DNA of 63,693 bases, counting the filler, from Bigelowiella natans CCMP2755 (Eukaryota > Protista > Cercozoa), in the NCBI GenBank assembly GCA_000320545.1. It is 7 parts of 7 records of this genome, joined end to end, with 100 filler letters (N's around TTAATTAATTAA, not from the genome) between each part and the next. Parts side by side here need not be neighbours in the genome. Positions count along the whole stretch, not along the records: positions 28,739 to 46,194 come from ADNK01001123.1; positions 46,295 to 62,562 come from ADNK01002589.1; 5 more parts are not named here. The stretch is one strand, 5' to 3'. Below, one piece after another: positions 38,986 through 53,285 of the stretch. The notes under the pieces are model-generated. The model had not been told where the DNA came from and ran no database searches. It saw nothing but the letters and a program-made list of their open reading frames with translations. The first letter of the stretch is position 1. The number at the start of each line of letters is the position of its first letter. A program made the translations under genes and the position numbers.

Positions 38986-40250
38986 AAGCAAAACCTTCTT
39001 TAATCCTCCCCAATTTCTCTAACCACTAACCCTTCACCTCCCATTCTCCTCGATCTCTCTCTTTCTCTCTCCCCCTCTCCTCTCTCCTCCCTCCTCGCTC
39101 CTGATAAACATCAGCTCGAGCATGTGATGAAGCAGAATCTTCCCTCCGAGAAACGCCAGTCGGACGACATCTTCGACATGCATGATGCTGAGCGTTTCTT
39201 CCGTCGGAACCCCGATCCCACCCCTTGGTTCACGAGCTTCCGTAAGCAGCTGCACAAGTCGCTCAGCTTCGCGTCACATGAGTTCACGGAGCAACCGATT
39301 GGCATGATTGTCGCGGTAAGTAAGTGCCAACGGCAGAAAAGTAGCGGGGGGGGGGGGGGGGGACAAGATAGCAAGAGCAGTCAATGAGGATTTCGTGTCT
39401 TTCTCTTTGTCGTTGTCATATATCATATACCATTATCATCATATTGGCTATCCCCCCCCTCACCATCTCCCTCCTCCTCCTCCTCCTCCTCCTCCTCCTC
39501 CTCCTCCTCCTCTCTCAATGTGACAGATATCTTCATTGGAAGACGAAAACCCAGGCAAGGCTGTAGCGCTACTGCGTAATAAGAATAATTTACCAAAGCC
39601 GCTTGCTCACGGTCTGCTGGACGCTGATATTCCGTGCGCATGCTGGGTGCTGCACGATGCCTCAGATCCCGACGGCGATTCCGCGGAAAGGTGAGATGCC
39701 TTGTTCACTTTCCTATGGATAGTTTTAGCGTGTTGTCGCAGTAGTAGTAGAAGAGGAAGAAGAAGAAGAAGAAGAAAGAGAAAGGAGAAGAAGTAATGAT
39801 GGCAAGGAGGTGGCAAAGGTGTTCTTGTCCCTGTTTGTGTGCGAAGTGTGCCCGCCGTATGCTTTCGTTTCATGTCCATCTTCGGTGTTAACCACCCCCA
39901 TGCTAACTGCTGCAGTCTGGCCAAAGCAAAGAACGTGTTTGCGGAACTCGAATCGCGCTACCCGTCGCACTGCGCTATGATCAGGATCAACTCCCTTCCG
40001 AAGGCGGGAGGGGGGACGGGGGAGGAGGAGGAGGAGAAGGACTCCAGCGCGACGATGGAGAGGAAAGGTCCTACGAATCACACACACGACATATCGTTCA
40101 TTTTCGTCGCACTGAGGAAATATGCAACGGATGTTATGGCTTTACACACAAGCACACGAATATGAACACAAGGACACAGTCACCATCTGCCGACCTTTAT
40201 GGTAGTAGAATGCTGCATCCTAGTTAACGAAGTGGCTCTCTCTCTCTCTA

Positions 40251-40302
<52 letters not shown>

Positions 40303-40489
40303 ATGTGTGTGTATGCTGCTCCTGTGTCTGGATATGATCATAATCACAGCATTACCGCTGCCGGATATATGGAGTCCATACCTCGTCGATGATATGGGTG
40401 GTATATTAGTTGAAAAGAAAATAGGAAGATAGGAAGAAGAACAAGAACAAGAACAAGAAGAAGAGAAACACGAGCCACAATTAAACAAA

Positions 40490-40559
<70 letters not shown>

Positions 40560-40816
40560 TCTGACAATCACACTCACACTTGCGCCACTTCGTACTAATG
40601 TACACATCGACGTGTGATGTACGGTGAAAAGAGAGCAAAGGTCCGCGCGGGCAGCTGCTATCGAAAGAAGACAGGGTGCTGCTGGCCAATGCTGTGAACA
40701 ACTTCGTGCTCAAGACCCTCAATCCGACGTTGGAGCGCAAGCTGCTGTCTCTCAACTCGGAAGTCAACGAGAAGCGGAAAGGAATAGGCAACACGCTCAA
40801 GTCAGCGCCATCAGCC

Positions 40817-40854
<38 letters not shown>

Positions 40855-40859
40855 ATATA

Positions 40860-40916
<57 letters not shown>

Positions 40917-40974
40917 ACAGAAAAAGAATGATAAGTTGTGATGATAAGAAGAAAAAGAAGAGAGGTAAGAAAAG

Positions 40975-41015
<41 letters not shown>

Positions 41016-41412
41016 AAGAGAGATCTTGAGAAGCAATCGATGTCATCGTCTTCCACTTATTATTAATACGTTCATTCACCCTTTCCTTTTCCCTAATTTT
41101 CTCTGCCCCCCCCCCCCCCCCCCCCTCTCTAGATACATGTTTGGCGGGCGCAAAACGAAGTCCGCAAAATCTGCGGTCACGCCTTATGAGCTTGGATCCC
41201 TCGAGTCGAAGATTCGGCAAGCTAGCGATTTCGCCCTGTTGATGCAAGATTATGATACTGCGGCGAGCAACTATCGAATAGCAAAGCAGGACTATCACAA
41301 CGACCGTAAGCAGAGCCTGCTGGCCTCCGCTAACGAGATGCACGGTAATGTTGTGTAAGTAACACCATCTTGAGTGTGTGAGGTTGCTATGGACGTCTCC
41401 TCCTTTCCTCCT

Positions 41413-41455
<43 letters not shown>

Positions 41456-41496
41456 GTGTGTGTGTGTGTTTGGTGTTGTTCTATGTCTCCTCAACC

Positions 41497-41529
<33 letters not shown>

Positions 41530-41733
41530 CTCTCTTTGATTTCCCCTATCTTCGCAGGCCTCTGCACGCTGATCTCGTCGCATGGGCGAAGTGGAGCCGG
41601 GTCCGTGATGATGATGATGAGGATGATGATGATGATGATGACGACGACACACGTGTTCGGAGCTTATTTCCAAAATGCTTTCTCACGTTGCTTGATGCTA
41701 CTTGCCGCCGTCTTCGTGTGCTAGGGCTATGAG

Positions 41734-41773
<40 letters not shown>

Positions 41774-42773
41774 GGCCGTGTGCCACCATGCATGCAGTAG
41801 TAGTTATGATACGTACATTATAGCTTGCTCCTCCCTTTGCACAGGTATATCGAGAATGCCATTCAGTGGTACACAAGCAGCTCAGAGATAGCGAAGGCGA
41901 CACGGGCAGCTCTATGGTGTGTAGACGCGTTTCAAAGCCAAGGCCTGACCAATAACGCGGCGGTCACGCTCAAGAGAGCATCCGAGAGGGAATCACATCG
42001 CTCCGGTGGATCTGACCTTCGGTGATGATGAGGATGCGTAGACAGATGATAATGATGATGATGCCACTTCCAAATTATGTTGTTGAGGAGGAGGAGGGGG
42101 GGGGGGGGGGACTGATGAGTAGAAGAGCAAAAAGACCGAAGATTTCAATCTTGTGTCGGCAGAGAATCCGATGCTGCAGAACAGGAATCATCGGTGTTTG
42201 AAGATGTGAGATGATGATTGCTGCTGCTACCTAGATGCTATGTGCGGCCCTAAGAGTCCCCTTTCATAGTAGTAGTGGCAGTGGTGGTAGTAATACCCTT
42301 ATGTTGGCAATTCTTCCCCTTCAATGATGCTTCAAATATCAAATTGATAGCGAGAAAGCCAACCGACGCAGCGCACTCTGCAGCGCTACTCATTGATATA
42401 TAAAGGGGGAGCACATTTCCTCCTGGTTGGCGGATATTAATTCTCATTTCTCCTCTTCATCTCGACTCCCCCCCCCCTTCCCCCCCACTCCACAAAAAAC
42501 AGAGCCGCTTTGTTAACAGAGCAAGCTTCGTATATGTTTTTAAGACCTTCCAGATCAGGTGAAAATGCAGAAGTAAAAGACGATGTGTGGAGGAAGAGGG
42601 GGGTGAGGGAGGACGAGAATAACGATCATAATCATGCAACTCATCATCATCATCATCATCATCACAGGAGGGTCTCAGATTCGCAAGTACGCCTTTCATA
42701 TGATCATGGCCGGGCACATGTATCACAAGTGCAAGCTTCATCGCCACGGTGTGCGCTGTTACCGAAGTGCGAG

Positions 42774-42814
<41 letters not shown>

Positions 42815-42864
42815 CGCATCCGCACAAAAAGCAGATTCTCTTCTCACCTCGCGCTCCAACCCCT

Positions 42865-42904
<40 letters not shown>

Positions 42905-43379
42905 TCAGATGCGTGCTGGTAAACAAGCGGTGGTTCCACGCGGAGGACCACATCAACTACGATATGGCGCGCTACTTTTCCGGTCTAGATCAGGTTCAGG
43001 AGGCGCTTCATTACTTCGCGTCGAGTGTCGACTTTTCAACCACTCCGAACCCTTTTATCCTCGGGCTACAGCAGCAGAAAGGTAGGAACAACACCTCCTC
43101 ACTGCCTCCCCCCACCCCCCCCGTCCCTCTCGGTCCTGATCGAAATGACGGGATGGCCTTGCGTGCACACAGATATCGATGACCACTCCGCAACCGATGA
43201 GAAGATGCTGATGAATCATCAAAAGACTCTGATCAAGTATTTCCGAGCTGGGGAGCTGGTGAGTGAGGCCGAATGATGATGATGATGATGATGAAGTGGA
43301 GGAGGAGGAGGGGGAGGAGGAAAAGGAAGAAAGTCCAACACTTACCCCCCTCAGCATGTTATCCATTGTTGTGATAAAT

Positions 43380-43422
<43 letters not shown>

Positions 43423-44277
43423 GTGTGTGTGTGTGTGTACAGCAACAGCAGCCTCCAGAACGGCAGTCGCTATTTATCAGTGAGCTGCGTGCGCTAGTAG
43501 ACCGACTTCACCAGAAGCCTGTATTGGTGCCTGACCTCAAACTGCCTGTAATCGCTGATGATACTGTGGGAGTGTCCCTCGCTGTCGGCCGCACGCTCTC
43601 TTCTGAAGTCGCCAGCTTAGCGTGGGGAACGGTATTACAGTTCCTGCTTGCTGTGCTTTTTGTAAGGGCGTGTGCCTGTGTGTGTGTGTGTTTTTGTGTG
43701 TTTGTGTGTGGAGGTTGGGCATATTTTGTTTGCGTTTCACTGCTTTCTTCCTTTTTTTTTTTGGAGACTGAGACTCACCACCAATATTTATATGTGTTGT
43801 ATGTGTGTCTGTTATCTTTTGCAGGTGGCTTTCGCACAAATCCCCCTTTCAAGTGATGCGGCACACGCCAATAACCCATTATTCGATCCTGTGCAGGTGT
43901 GTGGGGGGGGGGGGGGAGTCATAGAAATTCTATCGGAATTGCGGGGAATAGATCTCTTTATTACGCCACATCCATATCATCGTCACCGTCGTCTTTATCA
44001 TGATGATGATGATCATCATCATCATCATCATCACTACCATTATTATGTGTGATACCGAGCGTTCCAGCAACAGCATTAGATGACATTTCCCCCAATTGTG
44101 CCTGCTTATGGCTGCTTTTCCTCCCCTCCTCCCCTCACCTCAGGTCCGGCACAAGGCCAAACCTGAGAATCGTCACGCGCACGTTGGGGAACCAGTGACT
44201 GTAACTCTGGAATTGTTCAATCCGCTCCACACAACATTATCCGTAATAATAGCAGTGCAATCATGTCTTTCAGTCGT

Positions 44278-44316
<39 letters not shown>

Positions 44317-44929
44317 AAAAATGATGGAAAGAGAGATCCATAATCTGACTTCGCGAGAGTGACTTTCATCTGCCTGAAAACGTCGATGGCGTGTGACAGC
44401 TGCTATATATATTACCGGGATTGGCTGACTCGAAAACAACAACAACAACTCACTGTCGTGTTACCAGCCTAATCTCTTCCACAAATTTCCTCCTTCTCCT
44501 CCTCCTGCCAGGTACGAAATCTCCGCCTTCTATGCGGCTTGTCCATCAACGGCGCTAAACCGATAAAAGCTCCCCCGAGCCCCTCCTCCTCCTCCTCCTC
44601 CTCCTCCTCCTCCTCCTCCTCTTCCATATCCCCAGACGGCCTTCTGGAAGATGAAAACTTTGCCCTCTCATGGGAGGAAAAAGTTGATGTACCGCCGCAC
44701 TCAGCGGAGCGCGTACGCCTTACGGTTATCGTGAAGAAGGAGGGCGTTTTGCACATAAGTGGCGCACAGTGGATCCTGTGATTAGTAGGAGGCAATAGCA
44801 GCAATAGCGGCAGTGGTGTATGCAGCAGTAAACTTGAAGCGTGTGAGCTGTGGTAGTGGTGGTGGTGGTGGTGATAGCACACAGCAAGTGCCACTTTGGC
44901 AGAAGTAGAGGAAGTAGTAGTTTGGCGAT

Positions 44930-44961
<32 letters not shown>

Positions 44962-45354
44962 ACGAATATCAGCCGCTGCAATTGGAAACCATTAACATCA
45001 TCTCTTACCCCCCCCCCCTTCCCCTGCTCTTGCCTTAATCAGCTACGACAGCATGATGGTGCGACATCGCTTTGAGCTGTTACCTGAGCGCACGATTAAA
45101 AGCACGAAGACAGGGAAGAAGAAGGGCATATCGAGGGTGAACACCTCCCTCGCTGTGACGATAAAGCCACCGGCGGCGCTGCTCTCGTTTGATCTACAAG
45201 ACCTTCCGACAGAAATGATGCACAGGTGGGTCAGGGATGATGATACGCGTGCAAACGTATAAAATTCGTGTGTGTGTGTGTGTGTGTATGTGTGTGTGCG
45301 TGTGCGTGTGCGTTAATTCCCCAACATTGCAAGTACAGCAAACACACATACACC

Positions 45355-45401
<47 letters not shown>

Positions 45402-46051
45402 GCATATGATATGTTAACATTGGGAAAAACTACCTTCTCCTCAGTGAAGTCAGCTCGACGATCGTGACGGTGCGAAACGACGGCGGGTTGGCAGTAGAGG
45501 GATCCAGCGTCCAGATCAAGGTCTCACACCCTCTCTTTGTCGTCATCGCGACGACCACGACGGGGGGGGAGGAGGGGGGAGAAGAGGAACAGGTTCTGAG
45601 CTACAACCGCAAGGATGGACTTATCTCCTTGCCAAATGGTGTTATTGCACCTGAAGCGATGATAAAGCTCAAGATCTACGTGCGCGGAGCGTCGGTCGGG
45701 GTACACTGCATCCGGTTTCTTGTTAGGTAAGAAATAATATGAAGTTCGGCGCGCGAACAACTGAGTTCGCAGCTCTGTGATACCGTGATATATCGGCTTT
45801 GTTTGTCTGTGTCCTGATGTGTCCTTCTTGCGAGCCCCCCCCCCCTCCTTCAAAACCACAACAAACCAAAACACGCGGTGAATCAATCCCACAATCAGGT
45901 ACTGCTATATCGACGTGGAGAAGAAGCAAAAACACCATCGCGTGGTGCACATTGAGCACCCTCTCCGCGTCAAGCCCTTCATGCATTTGGATATCTTCAG
46001 GTAATGATAAATGGTAGTGGTCGTAGTTAGTTATGCAGAAGAGGAGGGGGA

Positions 46052-46088
<37 letters not shown>

Positions 46089-46194
46089 TGTTTGTGGCGC
46101 GAATATTACCTCTCCTTCCCCCTCCTGTATGGCCGCTGATCACCAGTTCCCATGCTTAATAATCACCATCTTCAATCATATGATGATAGGCGGC
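38383..46194 (+). CDS. TRAPPC8: TRAPP III subunit Trs85/TRAPPC8, multi-exon, 3' truncated by gap
   Basis: KSNLTLSQMLKPFG; TPWFTSFRKQLHKSLSFASHEFTEQPIG; LNSEVNEKRKGIGNTLK; YELGSLESKIRQASDFALLMQDYDTAASNYRIAKQDYHND; LLTEQASY; RKYAFHMIMAGHMY; WFHAEDHINY. Confidence 0.9.
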
Positions 46195-46294
46195 NNNNNN
46201 NNNNNNNNNNNNNNNNNNNNNNNNNNNNNNNNNNNNNNTTAATTAATTAANNNNNNNNNNNNNNNNNNNNNNNNNNNNNNNNNNNNNNNNNNNN
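46195..46294. other. Assembly gap/linker
   Basis: N44-TTAATTAATTAA-N44. Confidence 0.98.
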
Positions 46295-46320
46295 TATATG
46301 TCTCTGTATCTATCTATCTC

Positions 46321-46419
<99 letters not shown>

Positions 46420-47930
46420 GAACCAAAAAACCCTCCGATGATGTTTCCAACATACACCGTGAAGAATGTCGTGAAATGTCTACATACTGATACTACATTA
46501 TAATCCAACCCTGCCAACACCATCACCTTGCTGCATATGACTACTACACTTCTATAGCCGCTATAGCCGCTACTACTCCTACGGCCACGACTACTACTAT
46601 TGACACGACCTTTTGAGCGTGTCTCCAATCGCCGATGTCCAACAGCTGGTGAATCAGATCGACTTTCTGGTTGTTCTGCGAGAAGAAGCAATTGCAAGAA
46701 TGAGGGTAGGACCGGAGTGTGTGAGGAGCAGGGAAAAGGTTAGCGCATGCACGGGATACTATTACGAATGTTAAGAGCAGGTAGATAGATAGACAGAGTA
46801 CAGACAGAACATGTTTAAGGGGGGGGGTGAGCTTTGTGGGTCTGGGTGCTGCAAAGGTTGAATAACAAATTGGAAGTGAATACCGCTTCGCTACTGCCAC
46901 TGCTATTGCTATTGCTACTAGTAGTACTATTACCGATCCAAGATCATGCTGCGTGCCGGTGTTGTCCTGCATCTGTTGGAAGGAATAATGTTATCATTCC
47001 CTCCTCGCAATAACGTATTTATGATGGATACGAACCTTTTCTTCCTTTAATGAAATGACATGCACCTAGCAAACAGAACAGGATGAAAATTTAGTGGGAG
47101 TTCTTCGTAGTCTCCGCAAGGCCAATGTTATCTGATTCATTGCTGGCAATTGGGCTTCTCATCCTCTTCATCGTCATCATCATTGTCATGATTCAACCAC
47201 AGAAAACACAACGCCACCTACCTTTGCAGCCTTCTGCATGATGTCTTGGACAAACTTCTCTCTCGATTCGACTAGAATTATTGTCACGGGATTGCAACAC
47301 CGATGAATAATAATATCCCTCTCTCTCTCTCTCTCTCTCTCTCTCACAACCATGTAGCATTGATTTTAGAAAGAGGGGCGAGGATTTGAGGGGGGTGGGG
47401 GGGGGCAGAACTGTTGGCGGATTCAGAAAAGATATTTACTATTCTCTTTCCTCTCGTTTTCCTCCAAATATGCGATGATTCTTCTAATTCTTATTTTCTT
47501 CAAGGAAATGTAGTAGGGTTATGGACAGAAGAGCATTACTCATGGTCTGATCTGCTGGAAGGAGGTAGCTCCAAAGGGCATTCAGTTCAATTTTCCCATA
47601 GGCGATGCACAAACTAGCAAGCCTGCGAACAAGTAAGTTAGGTAGTATCAGATCATAGCTCTGAGATCAGCTCGTAACCATTCTCTATTGAGAGGAAGGA
47701 TCGCGGGAAAAAGGCTACTAATTCTTCTCTTCCCATCATTTTCTTCACAAAATTGTTCTGTACCGAAATAGGCTTTCGGGTGTAGAAGCTGGAGCTTTGG
47801 ATGATGACGACGATGATGAGAAGTAGGGATGCAAGCCTCCCTACGGTATGAGACACAGACAGACGACAAGTATGCACGCACGCATGATACACAAATTAGA
47901 GCACAATTCCCATATGACGGATTATGGAAC

Positions 47931-47970
<40 letters not shown>

Positions 47971-49915
47971 TATACTCAGACCAACCCTGCTACAACTACT
48001 GCGAACACCTTTTGATAAAACTGGAATTTGAATCCAAGGAGCGAGCATAAAGCATCTGGCTTGAACTGATCGAGAACCTATGAAGCGTGAACAGCAAATA
48101 TAAATACATATGCACACATGCATACACACCGCCACCACCACCACCACCACTACCACCATTTTGTACTAGTACTACTAGTACTACTAGTACTACTACCTCA
48201 AATACATCAGCGCATAGTTGGGTATCTACAGCAGGCTTGCTGATAATCTCCGCCTCGAAAGCATCCAGAATGATGTCCATGATGCGGTTCGGATCGAGAT
48301 CGAAGTATCCCAAGAGGGAGGTCAATCGTTGCTGATATTTTGACGACAACGTTAATGATCAAGAGCTTACATATATGACATCCACCTTTACTCAATCATT
48401 AGCGGCTATTATTCTGTCACGATTAATCACCACCACCACCACCTGAAAATCCTTCGGCTTGAGCCTATCTTTCTTTGGTGAGTTCATGAAAGTAAACGCC
48501 TCCCCAACGACCTTCGCCCAGCCCTCACTAGATCAGCGATGATAGATGATTCATAAATGAGAACGACAGCAGCTAGAGAGAAAATACAATAGGAAGAGGC
48601 AATCACCTTTCCTCTCGGAGAAGATTGAACTTCCGCTGGAGAAGGTACATTCGAGTTCTTGTTCGGACCTGTGTAGACAGACGACGAAGCACATGCAATT
48701 TATTATTGCTTACCAACGATGTATAGTAGCACCTCAATCAACGCTATTGACGAATAAACAAACACGTCGCAGCAGCACATAATTAATACCTCTTTTGTGT
48801 TGATAGTGGCACTTGGCATAATGTCCATCTCGCCTAATGACAATAAATTGCAGCTTAAAACATCATTGTGGCTAGAACTCGGCTTTGCGTTTATTCCCTT
48901 GCAATTGGCTGCCTTATTCTTCCGAGAACATACGACGCACTACTGCTGCTACTATCACAACTGCATCTAACTACCGAGTTGTTTCTTCGTGAGGCGCTCC
49001 AAATACAGCCAGGATGGAATCTATATTTCGAAAAATCGAACAGCTATGAACCCACTATAGACAATTCAACATGAAGGTCGCTTAACATGAAGGCTGCGCT
49101 AGACAACTGCATTCAGGCCATATCCCTCTCCACATACCTGGTCCGTCTTTACGAGTTCCTTTGCGAAGTTGTTAAGTCCTATCACATCGAAAATTAGCAT
49201 AGCGAGGAGGAAACTAGGTTAAACCCCACACGCTCAGCACGATGGAAGTGAATGGCTGTACTGACAAACCTTTTCTCTGGTCTTCCTCACTCTTCTCCAA
49301 GCTCAAAACCCAGATCGTGTCCGTCATAGCAGTTTGCATGTGGGAATGTGCCTCCATTCCTAGGGAAGCGCATTTTTTTCATGCATTATTCTTTGATCAG
49401 TGCAAAAGATGACATTTTTTATGATACCTCCCTCTTTGCATAGGGTGACCATATCTGAGGTTTTTTTCTGAGTTGTTCACAAATTATGTGTCAAACACAA
49501 ACACGGTTGAGGAGGAAGAATTAGGGCTCATATGACCTGGTCCAGCATTACAGTTGAAACGATCTCCGTCAGTAAGGTTTTCAATGAAACTGAGGATGTG
49601 CTCCTAACATTGGATGATATGAGGCGTTCACAGATGTTTATCCATTGTGAGTGGAATGATTAGTGCTCGCAATATTCGGGAAAAACTCATTATAAAATGG
49701 AGAGTTGCCCTATCACCCTGGAAGTGCCAATGCCGCATCCTGTGCAAACTTTTTAAGGATCTCCACAGCCTTGATTGCACAGAGAAAACCACAAAATGAG
49801 CGATGTTATAAGCTTTGAATTCTCGTGCGACAAATCAAAGAACCTTTTTTTTCCCAGTCTTGTCCCAATTTGAGAGAAGGCGATCTGTGATGTGCTTCCT
49901 CGCAGACGTGATCAT
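46295..49915 (-). CDS. THOC2: THO complex subunit 2, N-terminal part, multi-exon, 3' truncated by gap
   Basis: [17 protein letters not shown]|[10 protein letters not shown]; [24 protein letters not shown]; [20 protein letters not shown] match conserved Tho2 N-terminal blocks. Confidence 0.9.
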
Positions 49916-50818
49916 CTGTGTAAACAAAAGGTATATTCCTTCATTTCCCTTGTGGTGAAAGAAATCCGTGTAGAAATTTTAATCATTGCTATCATACAGT
50001 GTATTTGGCATGAAGAAGAACGAAAATCATAATAGGAATCATTCGAAAATGGTAATGCGTCGCGACCGAACGCAATCAATCAGTATTTCTCAATATACTT
50101 ATCTCTTCCGTAACTGCAAGGAATTGAACAAGATATTGCTGTAAGGATAAAAAATGCCCCACTTTTTCCGTTTGGATAATGGATGGAAAGGAGCAGTGGT
50201 CAATGCCAGAACTACGCACAATAACCAGAAACTGTGGGCCATGTATATGACACAATTGCGGAAGATCTAAACTCTTTCCGATCTTTCCAGTACATTTTGT
50301 ACTATTCAAAACTTAGTAAAGCCATAACATAAATCAACACAAATTACCGTCTGCAGTGCTCGGGCGTGGGGGAAGCTTGTCCGACGCGGGGTTGGACCAG
50401 GCGGAATGAGGTATTTTGAGTTCTAAAGAGCGCCAATGATGATGCGAAGTCGCATAGTCAGTATCCCATGTATCTTTGCCAGAACCTTGCATTGATAACA
50501 ATATGTAATCTGCTTGCGACATCACGATCTTCTTGTCGTCCAACAAATATCTACTTCGTAATCGATGTGATCCTGATAAATTCGACTGGGATATTTTAGG
50601 CTTACAATTATTCAGAGTTAATAATTTCCCACACTCGGGCATGAACTAAAAAAATGAGCTCCTTGAATTTGCAGTGGACGATATTTTAGATATTTATTCG
50701 ATGTGATGCGAATCCAAAATAGACAACACATAAATGTTGTGAGACTATATCATTACTGTAGGCTTTCTCGGCATTAAACACGGCTCGGCAAAGAACAAGA
50801 AAAGGGCACGTGGCAACC

Positions 50819-51856
50819 ATGGCTATAGCAGCACTCATCACAATCCTCTTGCCTCATGCCGTTCAATCGAGGCCCAGCTCCATGCGGCGGACCTCAAGAA
50901 TGTCCATTGCGAATACACCGTATTCTGCTTTAAGAGCTCGCAATATTATGGCCGAAGCACAGCCTTATGGCGCTGCAGTGCAAGGTTTAGGGCCTGCACT
51001 CGAAATGGCTCGGAGAAAGGGTGATACCGCTGCAATCCAACATCTTGAAGCTGCATTAAAAGGTGAGGGACATAGCTCTTCAGGGTTTTCGAGCTCCATG
51101 ATGCGAAGTCCGATTCATCAGGGGACTGCAGGCCCAGAATTTTCGCATTGCTCGAATTCTTATTTTGCCATCGATAAACTCGCGCCTAAGGGCCCCCGAA
51201 AAAATGCAGATATAGGAAGCCCGCACGATGCATCGCGACCATTAGCAAAGCTAGAATCAACCTCTGCAGGAGGCTGGTGGTGTGCAGCTGGGGGCTGGCC
51301 GTCACCGACACCGCGAGGAACAACCGAGGCGTTCTACGTGTTCTCGGGACACGGATGCTTGACGGATGCGGATGGAGAACAGCATTTCATGGGTCCGGGC
51401 GATCTAGTAGTTCTGCCTAAAGGATGGACTGGGCGTTGGGATGTTCTTCAGGACATTCACAAAGTGTGGTTTGTAACAGACCACCCTGATACGGACCAAA
51501 ACCGCAACAATCCAAAAGCTACTGTCGTACCTTACAGCAACTTCGCTCCGCAGTACTTAACACAACGGGGCTTACAGACTGGCGCGCCTGATTCACCGAA
51601 CGCAGCTTTCCAGATTGTTCATGATAACGGTCACATGCGTGTAGGGTGTTCGACATTCAGCACGGGTTCGTTCACAGTCTCGAGCCGCCCAACGACCGAG
51701 TGCTTTCACGTACTTGAGGGTGCATTTTTCCTAACCAACGCAAACGGAAGTGCTCAGAGGTGTGTTGCAGGAGACACCGTGTGTTTGCCAAAACAATGGT
51801 CCGGTAGTTGGGATGTAATCGCACCAGTGAAGAAGATTTGGGTTGAGGTGAAGTAG
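50819..51856 (+). CDS. Tandem cupin (EutQ/DUF861, Cupin_3-like) protein with signal + transit-like leader, intronless
   Basis: Two repeats of the E.F.V..G...LT..DG......GD.V.LPK.W.G.WDV....K.W pattern. The leader MAIAALITILLPHAVQS is followed by an S/R-rich stretch. Confidence 0.8.
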   Translation: MAIAALITILLPHAVQSRPSSMRRTSRMSIANTPYSALRARNIMAEAQPYGAAVQGLGPALEMARRKGDTAAIQHLEAALKGEGHSSSGFSSSMMRSPIHQGTAGPEFSHCSNSYFAIDKLAPKGPRKNADIGSPHDASRPLAKLESTSAGGWWCAAGGWPSPTPRGTTEAFYVFSGHGCLTDADGEQHFMGPGDLVVLPKGWTGRWDVLQDIHKVWFVTDHPDTDQNRNNPKATVVPYSNFAPQYLTQRGLQTGAPDSPNAAFQIVHDNGHMRVGCSTFSTGSFTVSSRPTTECFHVLEGAFFLTNANGSAQRCVAGDTVCLPKQWSGSWDVIAPVKKIWVEVK

Positions 51857-52626
51857 ATGTGACGGAATTGTATGATGTTGATGAGACTACAACACATTGC
51901 ACAGAATGGATCTAACTCCTGGTGTGTGTCTCGGAGGCAGTGGAAAGTCTAGTTGCTTTTGTGCTAGTTACTAATTCTGATTGATGCAGCGTCTATCCTT
52001 TATTGAATAGAATGAAAGGTCATCTAATCAGTTTCATTCGCCTTGCATACGGGTTGATAATTACACTTTCAACATGTAAAGCTATTATTCATGAAAAATT
52101 TCATTATTCGCTAAAAGTTGACATTCGACTGAACCTGTAATTCTAGCTCTAAACATGTAGATATCGATATAGAATCTAGAAAATCTGCGAAGTTAGAAAA
52201 TCTCAACTCGACGATATTTCGCTTGCAGAATAATCAAATTCGAGTGCTGCTGTGTGAGCTCGCGAGAATCGGCTAACATTACTTGTCATTCAGTGCAGTA
52301 CCGCGATGCGATATTGATTTTGAGTCAATTTGTGTCTCGAATTCTTAGAATATTCATCATATATTGCGCCATAAACTATGTGTGAATTTAGCTACATTTA
52401 TGTATTATATGCACGTACACATATTCATTACATTCGCATGTCGTAGCGTGTTCCAGCGTGTGCTGTGTGTGCGCGCGCGCATGTGTGTCAGTGTCAGTCT
52501 GTTTGTCTGTCTGTCTGTGTGTGTTTTATGCTATGTTGAAATGTCAAATTCTTTTATTCGCTTCAAATTGTTAGGGCAACTTTTGCCAATATGCTCCGAA
52601 TGGATATTAGCCAAGGGATGAAATGC

Positions 52627-53285
52627 CTATTTTATTTTATTTTTAGCTGAAGACTTTCCCTTTTGACGATAGTTCGAATCGATGACGCTATTATAAGTAG
52701 AGAAGAAGATACCAAGCCATACGATGCGTGCCAAAGCGATGGCTGTTGTGAAAATCACACCGAATTTAGATCCAAAATCCCACAACCCATGCTCAGCAAA
52801 GAAGATTGCGAACAATATAAGATGCATTATATCGCCGAGAAGGGCCCCGATCAGCAGGCAAGCCTTTCCCACTCTTGAACCATATTGAATAATTGACACC
52901 TAAAGATTCAAATCAAGTACTGGTTATCCAAGAAGTACGTTTCATCAGATATTGTCCGGCATTTGGTGCGATATATTTTGTGATATCGGTTAAGAAACGA
53001 ACCATAAATATTCCTAGGACAATGATCATATAAACCCATGAACGCGCCAGCAATAATACAATAGGATGCTGCAAGACTGGATCGCCTGCAAATTTTGGAA
53101 GATATTGTTCCAGAAAGGTTTCTGTGTTCGATAGAATCCACAATTGTAGACCGAGGTTGATGACCAGGCCTTCTAAGAGAAATATCCGGTTGAGCAGTCG
53201 CTCAAAGATGTGCACGCCTTCACCTGGTTTATGAATATGTCAAAATCAAATCAACGAACCTCGTAGCTAAGAGGTACTGACTCAT
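52627..53285 (-). CDS. Small polytopic membrane protein (~4 TM), 3 exons
   Basis: M|SEGVHIFERLLNRIFLLEGLVINLGLQLWIL...SWVYMIIVLGIFM|VSIIQYGSRVGKACLLIGALLGDIMHLILFAIFF...IFTTAIALARIVWLGIFF...KNKIK*; splice phases are compatible. Confidence 0.6.

Noticed and set aside
40180-41343. 387-aa minus-strand ORF
   Set aside because: Antisense to TRAPPC8 exons and mostly microsatellite.
50076-50642. Short ORFs or possible ncRNA between THOC2 and the cupin gene
   Set aside because: No recognisable motif, splice pattern or RNA structure I can support.
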